From assembly GCA_951406725.2 (NCBI GenBank), contig OX597817.1, positions 24,118,001 through 24,182,000 on the forward strand: DNA of 64,000 bases, in the 5' to 3' direction. Source of the stretch: Octopus vulgaris (Eukaryota). Below the pieces are notes generated by a model that was given only the letters and a program-made list of their open reading frames with translations, was not told the origin of the DNA and ran no database searches. This document shows positions 1-12,805 of the stretch, piece after piece (within the stretch, counting starts at the first letter, position 1; each line of letters starts with the position of its first letter). A program made the translations under genes and the position numbers.

Positions 1-132
1 AGTGATATGGAGAAACATGAAGCAAAGTACCTAGCACAATGATACAACATGCCTCCCAGGCCAGGCATCGAAGAATCCAATTGCTTAACTATTATGCTAC
101 ACACCTCAGAGCTAAAATGGAATTAAACAGTA

Positions 133-514
133 TGCTAACCAGCCACATGGTTCCAGGTTCAGTCCCACTGCGTGGCACCTTGGGCAAGTGTCTTCTGCTA
201 TAGCCCCGGGCCGACCAATGCCTTGTGAGTGGATTTGGTAGATGGAAACTGAAAGAAGCCTATCGTATATATATATATATATGTATGTGTGTGTATTTCT
301 GTGTCTGTGTTTGTCCCCCTAGCATTGTTTGACAACCAATGCTGGTGGGTTTACGTCCCCATTACTTAGCGGTTCGGCAAAAGAAACCGATAGAATAAGT
401 ACTGGGCTTGCAAAAGAATAAGTGCCGGGGTCGAGTTGCTCGATTAAAGGCGGTGCTCCAGCATGGCCGCAGTCAAATAACTGAAACAAGTAAAAGAGTA
501 AAAGAGTAAGAGTA
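133..514 (+). mobile_element. SINE family A (tRNA-headed, internal (TA)/(TG) microsatellite, AAGAGTA tail), 5'-truncated copy
   Basis: Aligns by eye with 3592-4020, 6687-7140, 10282-10716; B-box-like GGTTCAGTCCC, CCTTGGGCAAGTG block, AAAAGAGTA tail. Confidence 0.85.
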
Positions 515-1673
515 TACCCAATTCTACAATGAAGGCTTTCTGCCTAACTACATGGAGATAGATATATTCTTCAGTTATTTTATATAGCAGTGATATTCGC
601 TATCAGCAATAACATTTCTGTGTAAATAATAAATACACTAAGCCAAATGACTTCATATCTGTATATCTGGTCTGAATTTTCTCCTTTACCACTTCTAAAA
701 TAGCATGTGTTGTTTGGATAACCAATTTCCTCTTTTGAGTGCCCTCTGTGTTACATCTGGAATATTATAATATTATATTCCCCAAAATCGTTATTCAAAT
801 GTCATATTTTTACATATTAGCATATCTTTGGCTTCAGATAGAACTCATAAACATTTTATTTATAACATGTAGTTCAACAATCTTATCTTTCTTACCACTG
901 TCCCACCATGTTATCAACATACATTTGCTCTAGCTATATTCTATCTTTGTAATACAGACATACATTATCTGTATCTTTTTTTTTTTCTTTTAAATTTAAA
1001 TTTAAATTTAAAATCCTTCATTGTTTCTCTTCTGATGAATGTTTTTTTTATTTTTTATATTTCAGCATTCAAAAATGTTTAGTGAAGATTTAGAATCAGA
1101 TGGAAGAAATCGACAACCCTGAGTGAATGCAAAATTGAAATGTTAAATAGTGCTATGAAAATGAATGGTATAGAACTGACAGTCTTTACAATTCAAGAAA
1201 TTCTATAAATGTTTTGGAGAAGTAAAAAAATGTCTTTGAAGATAAAAACACTAGAAATAACATAAAAGGAAAATAAAACAGAAAAACGGGAAATTCTATT
1301 CTAATTAATATACAGATTTTTCAAAATAATTCTGAGTGAATTAAATGAATAAATAGATAAAGTACACAAAATTTTAGGAAAAAAAAAAATTAAAATATAA
1401 AAACAATAAACTTTGTATGGTAATATTTAAAAGTGACAGAATAAAAAAAGATCACTTTTCAATAAAATAAAAATAAAAATTTAAAAAGCATTGAAAATAA
1501 GATTTGAAAAAAAATAAAAACGGGAAGTAGAATCTTATTTGCAGCAAGTAATATTTAAATGAGGAAATCTAATTTTTGGACAATGAGAATTTAAAGTAAG
1601 TTTCTGTATTCTGAGTTAAGGCAAGCAGTTAAGTAAAATGTATTGCCTAGCAGGATTCTGTGAAAAAGAACTG

Positions 1674-1788
<115 letters not shown>

Positions 1789-2098
1789 TTGTAAAGAACT
1801 TTTTACATATATTGAAATGCGCAAGCTGGAAATGTATCAAATTTAAATGATAAATTCTGAAGAAATAATGTTATTGAATAACTGATATCACATCAGTTTA
1901 GCTAGTCTCTTGTTGTATGAGAAAAGCTCATTATGAGAGCCACAGCTAAGTGAGTTAATAGTGTTGTAAACATTCAAACAGTACTGTGGGCTTGGCAAAG
2001 ACATGTAACACTCAATAAGATAGACCACTTGACAATAAAAATGAATAATGAAAACATAGATCTTTTTACTGCAAGCACCAAGATCACTGTATCATGTA

Positions 2099-2647
2099 CT
2101 AGGGTGAGTCAAAAAGTAATGCCATTTTGTTTAGGACAGGTATAATTACCAACACAGGAACATGTATCATACATCAAAATACAGCTGGTCCTCTGTGCAT
2201 TACATCCCCACTTCTCAACATAGTCACCATTTCTCTTAATAGCAATGTTCCACCTTTGAATGAGAGCATGTATACCTGTCCCATAAAATTCTGTTGACTA
2301 TTCTTTGAGCCACTTCTTCACTACAGTTTTCACTTGCTCGTCACTGGACTATCGTCTCTTCAGCCCCATGAAAGAGGGTTTGAGAGACAAACATTATTCC
2401 AGTGACGAGCAAGCGAAAACTGTAGTGAAGAAGTGTCTCAAAGCACAGTCAACAGAATTTTACGGGGTAGGGATACATGCTTTCATACGAAGGTGGAACA
2501 TTGCTACTGAGAGAAACGGTGACTATGTTGAGAAGTGGGGATGTGATCCACAGAGGACCAGCTTCATTTTAATGTATGATACATGTTCCTGTGCTGGTAA
2601 TTATATGTGTCCTAAGCAAAATGGCATTACGTTTTGACTCACTCTCG
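2099..2647. mobile_element. Mariner-derived foldback MITE (3' end of a mariner duplicated in inverted orientation)
   Basis: TA flanks; termini CTAGGGTGAGTCAAAA / TTTTGACTCACTCTCG; ~250-bp arms 2099-2348 and 2398-2647; ORF 2305-2637 contains mariner C-terminal motifs DYRLFSPMKEGLRDKHY...RWNIATERNGDYVEK. Confidence 0.85.
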
Positions 2648-2692
2648 TATGTTGCTAGCTGAAGGTGCTAGGCATAATGCATTGGAGATACC

Positions 2693-2929
2693 TATTTCTT
2701 TACTACCCACAAGGGGCTAAACACGGGGGGAACAAACAAGGACAGACAAAAGGATTAAGTCGATTACATCGACCCCAGTGCATAACTGGTACTTAATTTA
2801 TCGACCCCCCAAAAGGATGAAAGGCAAAGTCAACCTCGGTGGAATTTGAACTCAGAACGTAACGGCAGACGAAATACCACTAAGCATTTCGCCCAGCATG
2901 CTAACATTTCTGCTAGCTCGCCACCTATC
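2693..2929 (-). mobile_element. SINE family B, full length
   Basis: tRNA-like head GGTGGCGAGCTAGCAGAAATGTTAGC...GAGTTCAAATTCC on minus; TSD atgcat(t/a)ggagatacc at 2677-2692 / 2931-2946. Confidence 0.85.
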
Positions 2930-3591
2930 AATGCATAGGAGATACCAACAAGAGAACATGCATGGTGTATGTATACTTGCTTTTGTCACTAAGTAAAAAC
3001 TATATTTAGTGCTACTTGTAGCACTGAATATATGACAGGACACTTCTATAAATGTACTTATTATATCGTATTCTTGTTGATTGAGAACAAACCAAATTGG
3101 AAGGGATTCTGGAATATTAACCAAAAAGTTTGTGTACCCTTGTTGGCACAGAGTTATGTCTATGGAGAACTTCCTTAACTCTCTAATGCTAGATATACTA
3201 TGAAGCTGTAAATAAGCATCACAGAACAGCAACACCTCATCATTATAGGCCATGGCAGCACTGAAAAATCAACAAGTGACTGTTTAACCAAGTCAACACT
3301 ATTTTAGTGGGCCAAGGATTGAAAGTATTTCAGCTGTGACTATTCATCTTGTCTTTTTTAGGGACACATGAGACTAGCTTTTTTTCAATGTATATTTTTA
3401 TTTTTAAGATGGTTGTATTTTATAGAAGATTTGTTTGCTTCTTTTAGCAGGTGAAATGACTCCACACAAAAACCCTTTTGCTGGTTTGTTAGCTTGAAGT
3501 GTTGTGTTCAACCCCTGTTTTGAATGCAGCAAAAAGAGATAAGGTATCTTATAACTGTCCTCTAGAAGTAAATAAAATTTATCCCCTACTA

Positions 3592-3753
3592 GGCACAGGA
3601 GTGGCTGTGTGGTAAGTAGCTTGCTAACCAACCACATGGTTCCGGGTTCAGTCCCACTGCGTGGCACCTTGGGCAAGTGTCTTCTGCTATAGCCCCGGGC
3701 CGACCAATGCCTTGTGAGTGGATTTGGTAGACGGAAACTAAAAGAAGCCCGTC

Positions 3754-3786
<33 letters not shown>

Positions 3787-4020
3787 TGTGTGTGTGTATG
3801 TGCTTGTGTGTCTGTGTTTGTCCCCCTAGCATTGCTTGACAACCGATACTGGTGTGTTTACGTCCCCGTCACTTAGTGGTTCGGCAAAAGAGACTGATAG
3901 AATAAGTACTGGGTTTACAAAGAATAAGTCCCGGGGTCGATTTGCTCAACTAAAGGCGGTGCTCCAGCATGGCTGCAATCAAATGACTGAAACAAGTAAA
4001 AGAGTAAAGAGTAAAGAGTA
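3592..4020 (+). mobile_element. SINE family A, full length
   Basis: A-box-like TGGCTGTGTGG, B-box-like GGTTCAGTCCC, AAGAGTA tail; multi-copy in window. Confidence 0.9.
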
Positions 4021-5079
4021 CTGATGAACATCTCTGGTTTTGTAATATGATGTAATTGATTTACTCACTTAACAATACAGGTAATAACCATGGAAGTGTA
4101 GTAGTAGTTAGAAGGTATCACGATGTCAGTACCTCATACTTTTTCTCTATTTAGTTAATTAGGCTGTAATGTGCTTCAGAAGAAGCATCTACAGGTGTAC
4201 AGCCTATCAGCCAGAGAAGACCATGAGTATAACTATAATCAAGATATTTTGTGAATATAATAAACAACCTAATTGTTACTTTGTCGCCACATGAGCAGAG
4301 GTAATAAGGTTCAATCTAATCAATAAGAGATTCATAATAGAATGTGCATTACTATTCCCAGTGTAAGGATGGCATGCGGTCAGAGAAAATCATTAACATT
4401 ATGGCAGGATCAACAAATTTTGACCTTACACTACCTTCTCAATATCGTTATCAATACTCTGTCCAAGCTTTCACTTAAGAGTATTATTATTTTGTGTGGC
4501 TTTGATATAATCAGGCAAACTGTAGTGTGCAGAACATGCAGAAAAATTTAATATGTTCTCCAATCTTTTAATACTAATCCTATCAATGAATGTTTTCTAA
4601 ATTGCATAGTCAGGTGGAAGAGCACAGCAGTGTTCATGAGATTAGTAGAAGGTAGGAAGAATGTTATCCAACTTAAATACTTGCAACTGAAGGGTGTCTT
4701 CTAAAGAAAGCTCCACCAAGAGTCGAGTAGCGGTGTTAAACCAAGCAATGGTTAAATATGCCACTCAAGAACAGTAGCAGTCCCTCTGATTTGATAAGCT
4801 TCTATGCAGTTTCCATCAACCAAATCTTATTCTCAAGGCTTTGATCAACTGAATATTATATGGTAGAAAATACTTGCATAAAATATCCTGGGGTGAGATG
4901 AAACCTGGAAACATATAGTTGGAACATAAGCTTCTTAACCCCACAGCTATATCTGATCAAGCAGTAATCTTGCCAGAATAACCTATAGAGTTTGTTTGTG
5001 CTTGATGAAAAAGTGCAGTTTTGGATGAGAGAAAAGAGCACAAATGTTAACCATAGGCCCAACGAATAATATAAAGATC

Positions 5080-5430
5080 TGCTAGCATGCTGGGCAAAGT
5101 GCTTAGGGTAATTTTGTCAATCTTGATGTTCTGAGTTTGAATTCTCCCTAGGTTGGTTTTTACCATTCATCCTTTCAGGATTGATAAAATAAGTACCAGT
5201 TGAACGCTGGGGGATGGGAGGGGGGTCAATGTAATTGACATACCCATCCTCCAAACTTGATGTCCTTGGACCAAAATTTGAAACTGTCATTATTATTATG
5301 ATTTAAGGGGGCAAGCTTTGCCTTTCATCCTTTAAGAGTTCATAAAATAAGTACAAGTTAAGCCCTGTGGTTGATGCAGCCCCACCCCAAAGTTTCTGAC
5401 CTTGCGCCTATAGTAGAAAAGATTATTATC
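5080..5430 (+). mobile_element. Old diverged SINE-B copies/fragments
   Basis: Degenerate matches to TTTCATCCTTT...ATAAAATAAGTACCAGTT core. Confidence 0.6.
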
Positions 5431-5606
5431 ATTATTGTTGTTGTTTTTGTTGTTACTGTGGCAGATTGGCAGAATAGCTGGACAAAATCCCTTCCTGTAA
5501 TTGTTCCGGGTCATTACATTCCATAATATTTAGGAGATAAGGAATTATGTACATTATTTACATTATTTACATTTGACAGATATCTGTCCTCATCTTGTTT
5601 GTTGTT

Positions 5607-5652
5607 AACACAACGTTTCGGCTGATATACCATCCAGCCTTCATCAGGTGTC
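5607..5652 (-). ncRNA. Minimal type I hammerhead ribozyme motif (Penelope-type)
   Basis: Minus strand GACAC-CTGATGA-A-GGCTG(gatggtatat)CAGCC-GAAAC-GTT-GTGTT: stem I GACAC/GTGTT, intact core, stem II GGCTG/CAGCC, palindromic loop-less stem III AACGTT, GUU triplet. Activity untested. Confidence 0.7.
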
Positions 5653-5738
5653 TTGGAGAAATTTCGAACCTGGATTCTCATTCCTAAGGTAGTTTTGATG
5701 TTATTATTATTATTATTATTATTGTTATTATTATTATT

Positions 5739-5950
5739 CAGTAGTTTTATTTTTATAGTGTACTTTCACTTCACTACCGAGCGCAGCTCTGTGTGCCTTG
5801 GGTATGTGCTGTGATTTGTTGTAATGCTCTGATGGTTATTGTATGGGAAGTGTTCTGCATAGGATGTGTGCAGTGCCTAGTAGTGCAATTTTCTGTATGT
5901 TATATGTGTTTGTAAGTCCTGGTGTTTTTGTTATGTATTTGTCTGAATAT
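5739..5950 (-). mobile_element. 3' end of an R4/Dong-like (RLE) non-LTR retrotransposon inserted in the (TAA)n tract of the palindrome
   Basis: Minus translation YSDKYITKTPGLTNTYNIQKIALLGTAHILCRTLPIQ*, matching the QK..LLGTA.ILR C-terminus of R4-clade ORFs; (ATT)n on both sides. Confidence 0.65.
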
Positions 5951-5952
5951 TA

Positions 5953-6018
<66 letters not shown>

Positions 6019-6686
6019 CATTATTATTATTCATTTCACTGCCTGGAATCGAACTTGGAATCTTGGGGTTAGTAGCCTGCAATCTTAAACACTATGCTAT
6101 ATGCCGTAGTGGTTAAGAGCACAGGCTACAATCCCCAAGATTCCGAGTTCGATTCCAGGCAGTGACCTGAATAACAGTAATAATAATAATAATAATAATG
6201 ATAATAATAATAATAACATCGAAAAATACCCTAGGAATGAGAATCCAGGTTCAAAATTTCCCCAAGATACCTAATGAAGGCTGGAGGGTATATCAGCCGA
6301 AACATTGTGTTAACAAGAAACAAAATGAGGACAGATATCTGTCAAATGTAAATAATGTAAATAATGCATTACATTTCATATTCAAATGCTGACGCTTTTT
6401 TTTTTTTTAATTTTGGCATTGTGCCAATTTTTGAAACAATTATTTTTCAGGAAAGTATATGATTTACCGACCCAGAAAAGAAGGGTTCATTAGAACTTAA
6501 CTTATTGTCCTATTCCAGAAATGCCATGGAATGAATATGGAATGTCTGCCAAAGTCTAAGTGAAAGTTTCTATGTAGCAGAAATAGTAACCAAACACCCT
6601 AAAAATGCATCATGCCATTTTAAATAAAGAAGAAATTATTGGATATAGTGGTTCTCAATATATAAAAGAATAAAATGCTCCTGATA

Positions 6687-7140
6687 GGCGCAGGAGTGGC
6701 TGTGTGGTAAGTAGCTTGTTTACCAACCACATGGTTCCGGGTTCAGTCCCACTGCGTGGCACCTTGGGCAGGTGTCTTCTACTATAGCCTCAGGCCGACC
6801 AAAGCCTTGTGAATGCATTTGGTAGACAGAAACTGAAAGAAGCCTGTCGTATATATATGCATATATATATATATATATATGCATATATATATATATATAT
6901 GTGCGTGTCTGTGTTTTTGTGTCTGTGTTTGTCCCCCTAGCATTGTTTGACAATCGATGCTGGTGTGTTTATGTCCCCGTTACTTAGCGGTTCGGCAAAA
7001 GAGACCGATAGAATAAATACTGGGCTTACAAAAAGAATAAGTCCCGGGGTCGAGTTGCTCAATTAAAGGCGGTGCTCCAGCATGGCCGCAGTCAAATGAC
7101 TGAAACATGTAAAAGAGTAAAAGAGTAAAGAGTAAGAGTA
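6687..7140 (+). mobile_element. SINE family A, full length
   Basis: Same structure as 3592-4020; shares 3' flank with 10282-10716. Confidence 0.9.
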
Positions 7141-8153
7141 TTTGAACTCAATGTTATTCAAGAAAGATGTGTATTATTTTATCTCTGCTGGAAGAATAAC
7201 TCTTCGGGGTCGATAAATCAAGTACCAGTTACGCACTGGGGTCGATGTAATTCAGTTATTCTTCAGCTTCCTGGTATGGATCTACATTCAATAATGCTTG
7301 GTAGTGACAAATGAATGCAAACAAATCTTGGAGCATATTTGAAGAACTATATTGTGCATGTCAATATTAAATCAATAGAACTTTCCAGATATAAGGAATA
7401 ACAAATAAGATGCAATATTTTTCTTCGATACCAAACTTTGTAATATATATATGAAAGATAGGAATTTCAATCCCTCATGCAAGATTTTCAAATTGCTTAA
7501 TAAAAATCATTTGTAATTTTGAAAACAGTTTGAGAATAACATTCAGAGACGTTGATAGGAAATTCGATAGTTACAATAGCAATAATAAGGAAAGGGGCTG
7601 CTTTATAGAATATTGATCCAAAGCGTTCACTGTCCATTCTCTTGATATCATCATGTGTATTCTTTGGAATAGGGTTTTGTGTATTTGCATGTGTGTGAGC
7701 CTGTGTATGTGTGTGTGTATGTGTGGATTTATATGTTTATGTGTATGTGCGTGTTTGTATATACACATACGTATGTACTCTTGCGTTGGTGTGAATGTAT
7801 GTTTATGTGCATGTGTGTGTGTGTGAATATGTGTGTGTCAAGCACAAGCATATCTGTATAGCAATTAAGTTTTCTTTGTAACCACACGGTTCTGGGATCT
7901 AAACCACTGTGTAGTGCCTGTAGTAAGTGGTGTCTACTGTTGTCTCAGGCTGATCGATTCCTTGTAAGTGAAATTGTAAGATGGAAACTGTACAGAAGCC
8001 CGTAATGCCTTCTTCATTCTCATTTTACATTTCCTTCCCTGTTGGCATGGGTTTGATAAATCATTACTACTCTTCTAGTCAGGTTGGAGGGCCACATCTC
8101 ACAAATTTCTTTCTTTTGTTTGATTACTACAGCTACATGCCTTTCTTACTACC

Positions 8154-8566
8154 TATTTCTTTATTACCCACAAGGGGCTAAACACAGAGGGGACAAACAA
8201 GGACAGACATAGGTATTAAGTCGATTACATCGACCCCAGTGAGTAACTGGTACTTAATTTATCGACCTCGAAAGGATTAAAGGCAAAGTCGACCTCGGCG
8301 GAATTTGAACTCACAACGTAACGCAGACAAAATACCTATTTCTTTATTACCCACAAGGGGCTAAACACAGAGGGGACAAACAAGGACAGACATAGGTATT
8401 AAGTCGATTACATCGACCCCAGTGCGGAACTGGTACTTAATGTATCGACCCCGAAAGGATGAAAGGCAAAGTCGACCCCGGCGGAATTTGAACTCACAAC
8501 GTAACGCAGACGAAATACCACTAATCATTTCACCCGGCATGCTTACGTTTCTGCCAGCTCGCCGCC
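8154..8566 (-). mobile_element. SINE-B tandem dimer (183-bp internal duplication)
   Basis: Units start at 8154 and 8337 and share private variants; outer TSD gcctttctta(c/a)tacc 8139-8153 / 8564-8578. Confidence 0.85.
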
Positions 8567-8924
8567 TTTCTTAATACCAACTATTCTACATAGCATGCGC
8601 AAGTTATCATGGCATCAAGACCTGATAGGGGTAAAAGGAAGAGGAATAGGGCTTGCAGTGGTGATGATGATGATGATGATGATGATGACGATGACGATGA
8701 CGACGACAATGAAGAGGAGGAGGAGGAGAAGGAGGAGAAGGAACAATAGTAATTTATTTGTGTTAGAGGTGCTGGAAGAAAGGATTCGTTCGTGTCACTG
8801 TATCCAAAATCAGAGGATCACATTTCACAGGTATTGCTAGAACTTAAAGAATACACGAAGCAGCTTAGTGTTCCGTGAACAAAATTATGAGAACCATTAA
8901 CACTACTGCTCTGCGAATACAGAA

Positions 8925-9123
8925 TAATAACAGTTTCAGATTTTAGCACAAGGCCAGAAATTACATTGACCTCCAGTGCGCAACTGGTACTTATTTTATC
9001 GACCCCCAGAACAATTAACAGGAAAGTCAACCTCAGTAGAATTTGAACTCAGGACATTAAGACTGATGAAATTCTGCGAAGCATTTTGGCCAATATGCTA
9101 ATGATTCTGCCAGCTCACCACCT
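8925..9123 (-). mobile_element. Older SINE-B copy
   Basis: Degenerate match ACTGGTACTTATTTTATCGACCCC...GAATTTGAACTCAG...TTCTGCCAGCTCACCACC. Confidence 0.7.
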
Positions 9124-9132
9124 TTGAATATA

Positions 9133-9306
<174 letters not shown>

Positions 9307-9307
9307 T

Positions 9308-9630
9308 CACAATAATATAGCATGCCCACTTGACAACAAGGTATGTGATAAGGAAGAAAGAAAAGTTGAGAGATATGACAGGTTAGCTTGGGCAGTTAAG
9401 CAGTTGTGGTCGATGAAAAAGGTAGCAGGAACGGTGAGCAAAAATCTTGAGAAGCACATGGAACAAATAGGGGCTTCAATAAGGGTGGAGCACTTGAAGA
9501 AAACAACATTGCTTGGAACCGCTCGAATACTCCGGAAGGTACTTGAAAAATAAGGTGTTACCTTAGTTCACTGGTAGTGAACAGCTGACACTCTAGTACA
9601 TGTCCAGTGTTAGAAGCTGTGCAAAGGCAA
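9308..9630 (+). mobile_element. R4/Dong-like RLE retrotransposon 3' fragment
   Basis: Translation IACPLDNKVCDKEERKVERYDRLAWAVKQLWSMKKV...GTVSKNLEKHMEQIGASIRVEHLKKTTLLGTARILRKVLEK*; bounded by (TAA)n on both sides. Confidence 0.75.
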
Positions 9631-9651
9631 TAATAATAATAATAATAATAA

Positions 9652-10104
9652 AAATTCTGCTCAATACCACAGATTTGCTTGTCAGTTCCTTGACCTTAAC
9701 CAGTTGAGCATGTCCCTTAGTGGCTGACAATCTGCACATCTCTGATCATGAGCAGAAGTAGTCGAGGAGCATCATCGCCATGTGTTGAGAGGAATTCTTT
9801 GGGGTTTTGATAATTCACCTCTGGAAACATAGGTGTTTCGTTCAACATCCTTAAACAACTCTTATTCAGGGACCTTTTGAGCGGGATGGGTTACTCGAAG
9901 AAAATTCTAACTGGGCTCCACCTGCAAGGTCATGTGCTGTTTATCTTGATATGAGATCACCATGTCGCTCGCATATGGTTTTCATGCATGTGCCTAGTGT
10001 ACCCTTATCAGGCGGGTAGTCATGATGGGTATACTGGGCTTCGTGTATTTTACCCCAGTGTCACTTTGATAGCATGCCCTGCTCTCTCACTCAATAATAA
10101 TAAT
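9652..10104 (+). mobile_element. Probable 3' UTR fragment of a second (TAA)n-targeting retroelement
   Basis: GC-richer block bounded by AAT repeats on both sides; no ORF; family assignment is inference only. Confidence 0.35.
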
Positions 10105-10281
10105 TACAATTTTTAACTCCAGCACCAGTTCAGAAATGTTTGCAGAAGGGAACAAAATATCATATCAATACTTTGACTAGCACATATTTTAACAATACTA
10201 GCAAAATGGACTGTAATGCTGGGATTTTAACTTATAAACTAAAGAAACAGAATCAATAATGCAAGGTATTTTTGTTTACCA

Positions 10282-10716
10282 GGTGCAGGAGTGGCTGTGT
10301 GGTAAGTAGCTTGTTTACCAACCACATGGTTCCGGGTTCAGTCCCACTGCGTGGCACCTTGGGCAAGTGTCTTCTACTATAGCCTCGGGCCGACCAAAGC
10401 CTTGTGAGTGGATTTGGTAGACAGAAACTGAAAGAAGCCCATCGTATATATGTATATATATATATGTGTGTTTGTGTATGGGTGTGTGTGTTTGTGTGTC
10501 TGTGTTTGTCCCCCTAGCATTGCTTGACAACCGATGCTGGTGTGTTTATGTCTCCGTTCCTTAGCGGTTCGGCAAAAGAGACCGATAGAATAAGTACTGG
10601 GCTTACAAAGAATAAGTCCCGGGGTCGAGTTGCTCGATTAAAAGGCGGTGCTCCAGCATGGCTGCAGTCAAATGACTGAAACAAGTAAAAGAGTAAAAGC
10701 GTAAAGAGTAAGAGTA
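10282..10716 (+). mobile_element. SINE family A, full length
   Basis: As above; near-identical to 6687-7140. Confidence 0.9.
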
Positions 10717-11009
10717 TTTGAACTCAATGTTATTCAAGAAAGATGTGTATTATTTTATCTCTGCTGCAAGAATAACTCTTCAGTTAGTAAAATAGTAAAT
10801 AGTAGTAGTAGTAGTAGTCTACATCGTTTGATACAATAACAATGATTTATTTCATTGGCCACAAGGATCCTAGATGTTGGGGACAGTACAAACGCGATAT
10901 GATGTGATATAATCACTTCATTGAGAGCTCAAAGTAATAACATTGTAAAGGTAGATTTGTGTGACAGGACAAAAAGTTAAAATATCCACTGAATGGTTCG
11001 TCATATCTA

Positions 11010-11352
11010 GTGAAGGCGCATGGCTCAGTGGTTAGAGCATTGAGCTTACGACTGTGAGGTTGTGAGTTCAAATCCTGGACCAGGCTGCATGCTGTGTTCT
11101 TGAGCAAGACACTTTATTTCACGTTGATCCAGTTCACTCAGCTGCAGAAATGAGCAGCAACATCACTGGTGCCAAGCTGTATCGGCCCCTTTGCCTTTCC
11201 CTTGGATAACACTGGTAGCATGGAGAGGGGAGACCGGTATGCATGGGCGACTGCTGGTCTTCCATAAACAACCTTGCCCAGACTTGTGCCTTGGAGGGTA
11301 ACTTTCTAGGTGCAATCCCATGGTCATTCGTGACTGAAGGGGGTCTCCGTTC
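11010..11352 (+). mobile_element. SINE family D
   Basis: Head GTGAAGGCGCATGGCTCAGTGGTTAGAGC...GAGTTCAAATCC; CTTGAGCAAGACACTT block; 3' CCCATGGTCATTCGTGACTGAAGGGGGTCT; repeated flank tggttcgtcata. Confidence 0.85.
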
Positions 11353-11557
11353 CTGGTTCGTCATAAATTGAAAGGCCCACATATGGTTGCGATATAATTG
11401 CAAACCATAACCAGTGTCATCTTCTATAGACTTCGTCAATATCAGTTGATGTCAGCTGATGCGATAAGCTTCTCAAGCATTCATGCATTTGCTCACGAGA
11501 AACTGACATCAAGTGTGTATACAACGGCATGTATGTATGTATGTGTGTCTGTCTGTG

Positions 11558-11593
<36 letters not shown>

Positions 11594-11845
11594 AGTGTGT
11601 GTGCTGTGTGCGTGCACTTCTGTATTTGTTTCAGTATATCTTTTTTTCATTGAAAATATCTACCAGAGAGGAAAATATTATGACTATACCTCTCTCTCTC
11701 TCACTCTCTCTCTGTCTCTCTATCTATCTCATATATATATATATATATATATATGTCTTTCTATGCCTTCATGTATTCATGTACACATACATACATACAT
11801 ATATCATCATCATCGTTTAACGTCCGTTTTCCGCGCTAGCACGGG

Positions 11846-11877
<32 letters not shown>

Positions 11878-12089
11878 CATACACACACAAACACACACAC
11901 ACACATATTTATATATTCACACATTTATGAAAAACTAAAGAGAGAGAGAGAGAGAGAGGATGAGAGTGGTTGTGTATGTATGTGTGTGTTTATTTTTATG
12001 CGAATTTGACTGAATATCATATTATTATTGTTTTATTACTTTACTAGCTTCAGCTACTTGACTATGGCCACAGTGAGGCATCATATATA

Positions 12090-12804
12090 TATCATCATCA
12101 TCGTTTAACGTCCGATTTCCCTGCTAGCATGGGTTGGACAATTTCACCGGGGCCTAGGAAGCCAGGAGGCTGCACCAGGCTCCAGTCTGATCTGGCAGTG
12201 TTTCTACAGCAGGATGCCTTTCCTAACCCCAACCACTCCGTGAGTGTAGTGGGTGCTTTTTACATGCTACTGGCACAGGTGCCAGGGGAGGCTGGCAACG
12301 GCCATGATCGATTGGTGCTTTTTACGTGCCACCAGCACAGAAGCCAGTCAAGGTGGCGCTGGCATCATGCACTTTCAGATGGTGCTTTTTATTAACACAG
12401 GCAAGGGTATCACTACTACAATTTCCATTTGATTCTTATTTTGATGTTGATGTACTTGACTCAATAGGTCTCCTCAAGCACAGCAGGTCACCCTATAATC
12501 CAAGGTAAGGACAGCAGTCCATGCTGCGAACGAAGGTACTTTGGATGGGCTGGGGCTGCCATGTGAAGCTAGTGCAGGAAACAGCCATGAACTCACGTTA
12601 TTTGTTGGGTCTTGGCAGTCACAGCATATCTCCAGAGGTCTCAGTCTTTCATCATTGCCTCTGTGAGGCCCAACATTCGAAAGTCATGCTTGACCACCTC
12701 ATCCTATATCTTCTTGGGTCTACTTCTACGCCGGATTCCTTCTACTGTTTGAGAGTGGCAGCTCTTCACACAGCTCTCCTCATCCATCCGTAGTACATGA
12801 CCAG
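12090..12804 (-). mobile_element. RTE LINE 3' end (ORF C-terminus, 3' UTR, (GAT)n tail)
   Basis: Reverse-complement homology to ~34605-35415. Confidence 0.85.
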
Positions 12805-12805
12805 G

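Larger units (their letters stand above)
5526..6366. mobile_element. Palindromic element, copy 1: head-to-head dimer of [tRNA-like head + (AAT)n + hammerhead-bearing tail]
   Basis: Left arm ~5545-5735 is the reverse complement of ~6170-6366; central hairpin ~6037-6164 of two tRNA-like heads (TAGTGGTTAAG, GAGTTCGATTCC); TSD cattacatt(c/t)cata 5512-5525 / 6367-6380; second copy at 45465-45997. Confidence 0.8.

Noticed and set aside
1032-1078. CTGATGA followed by a distant CATTCAAAA
   Set aside because: No credible stems; better read as a polypyrimidine tract and acceptor.
4160-4207. Small stem-loop taggctgta...tacagccta
   Set aside because: Short and asymmetric; expected by chance; not pre-miRNA-like.
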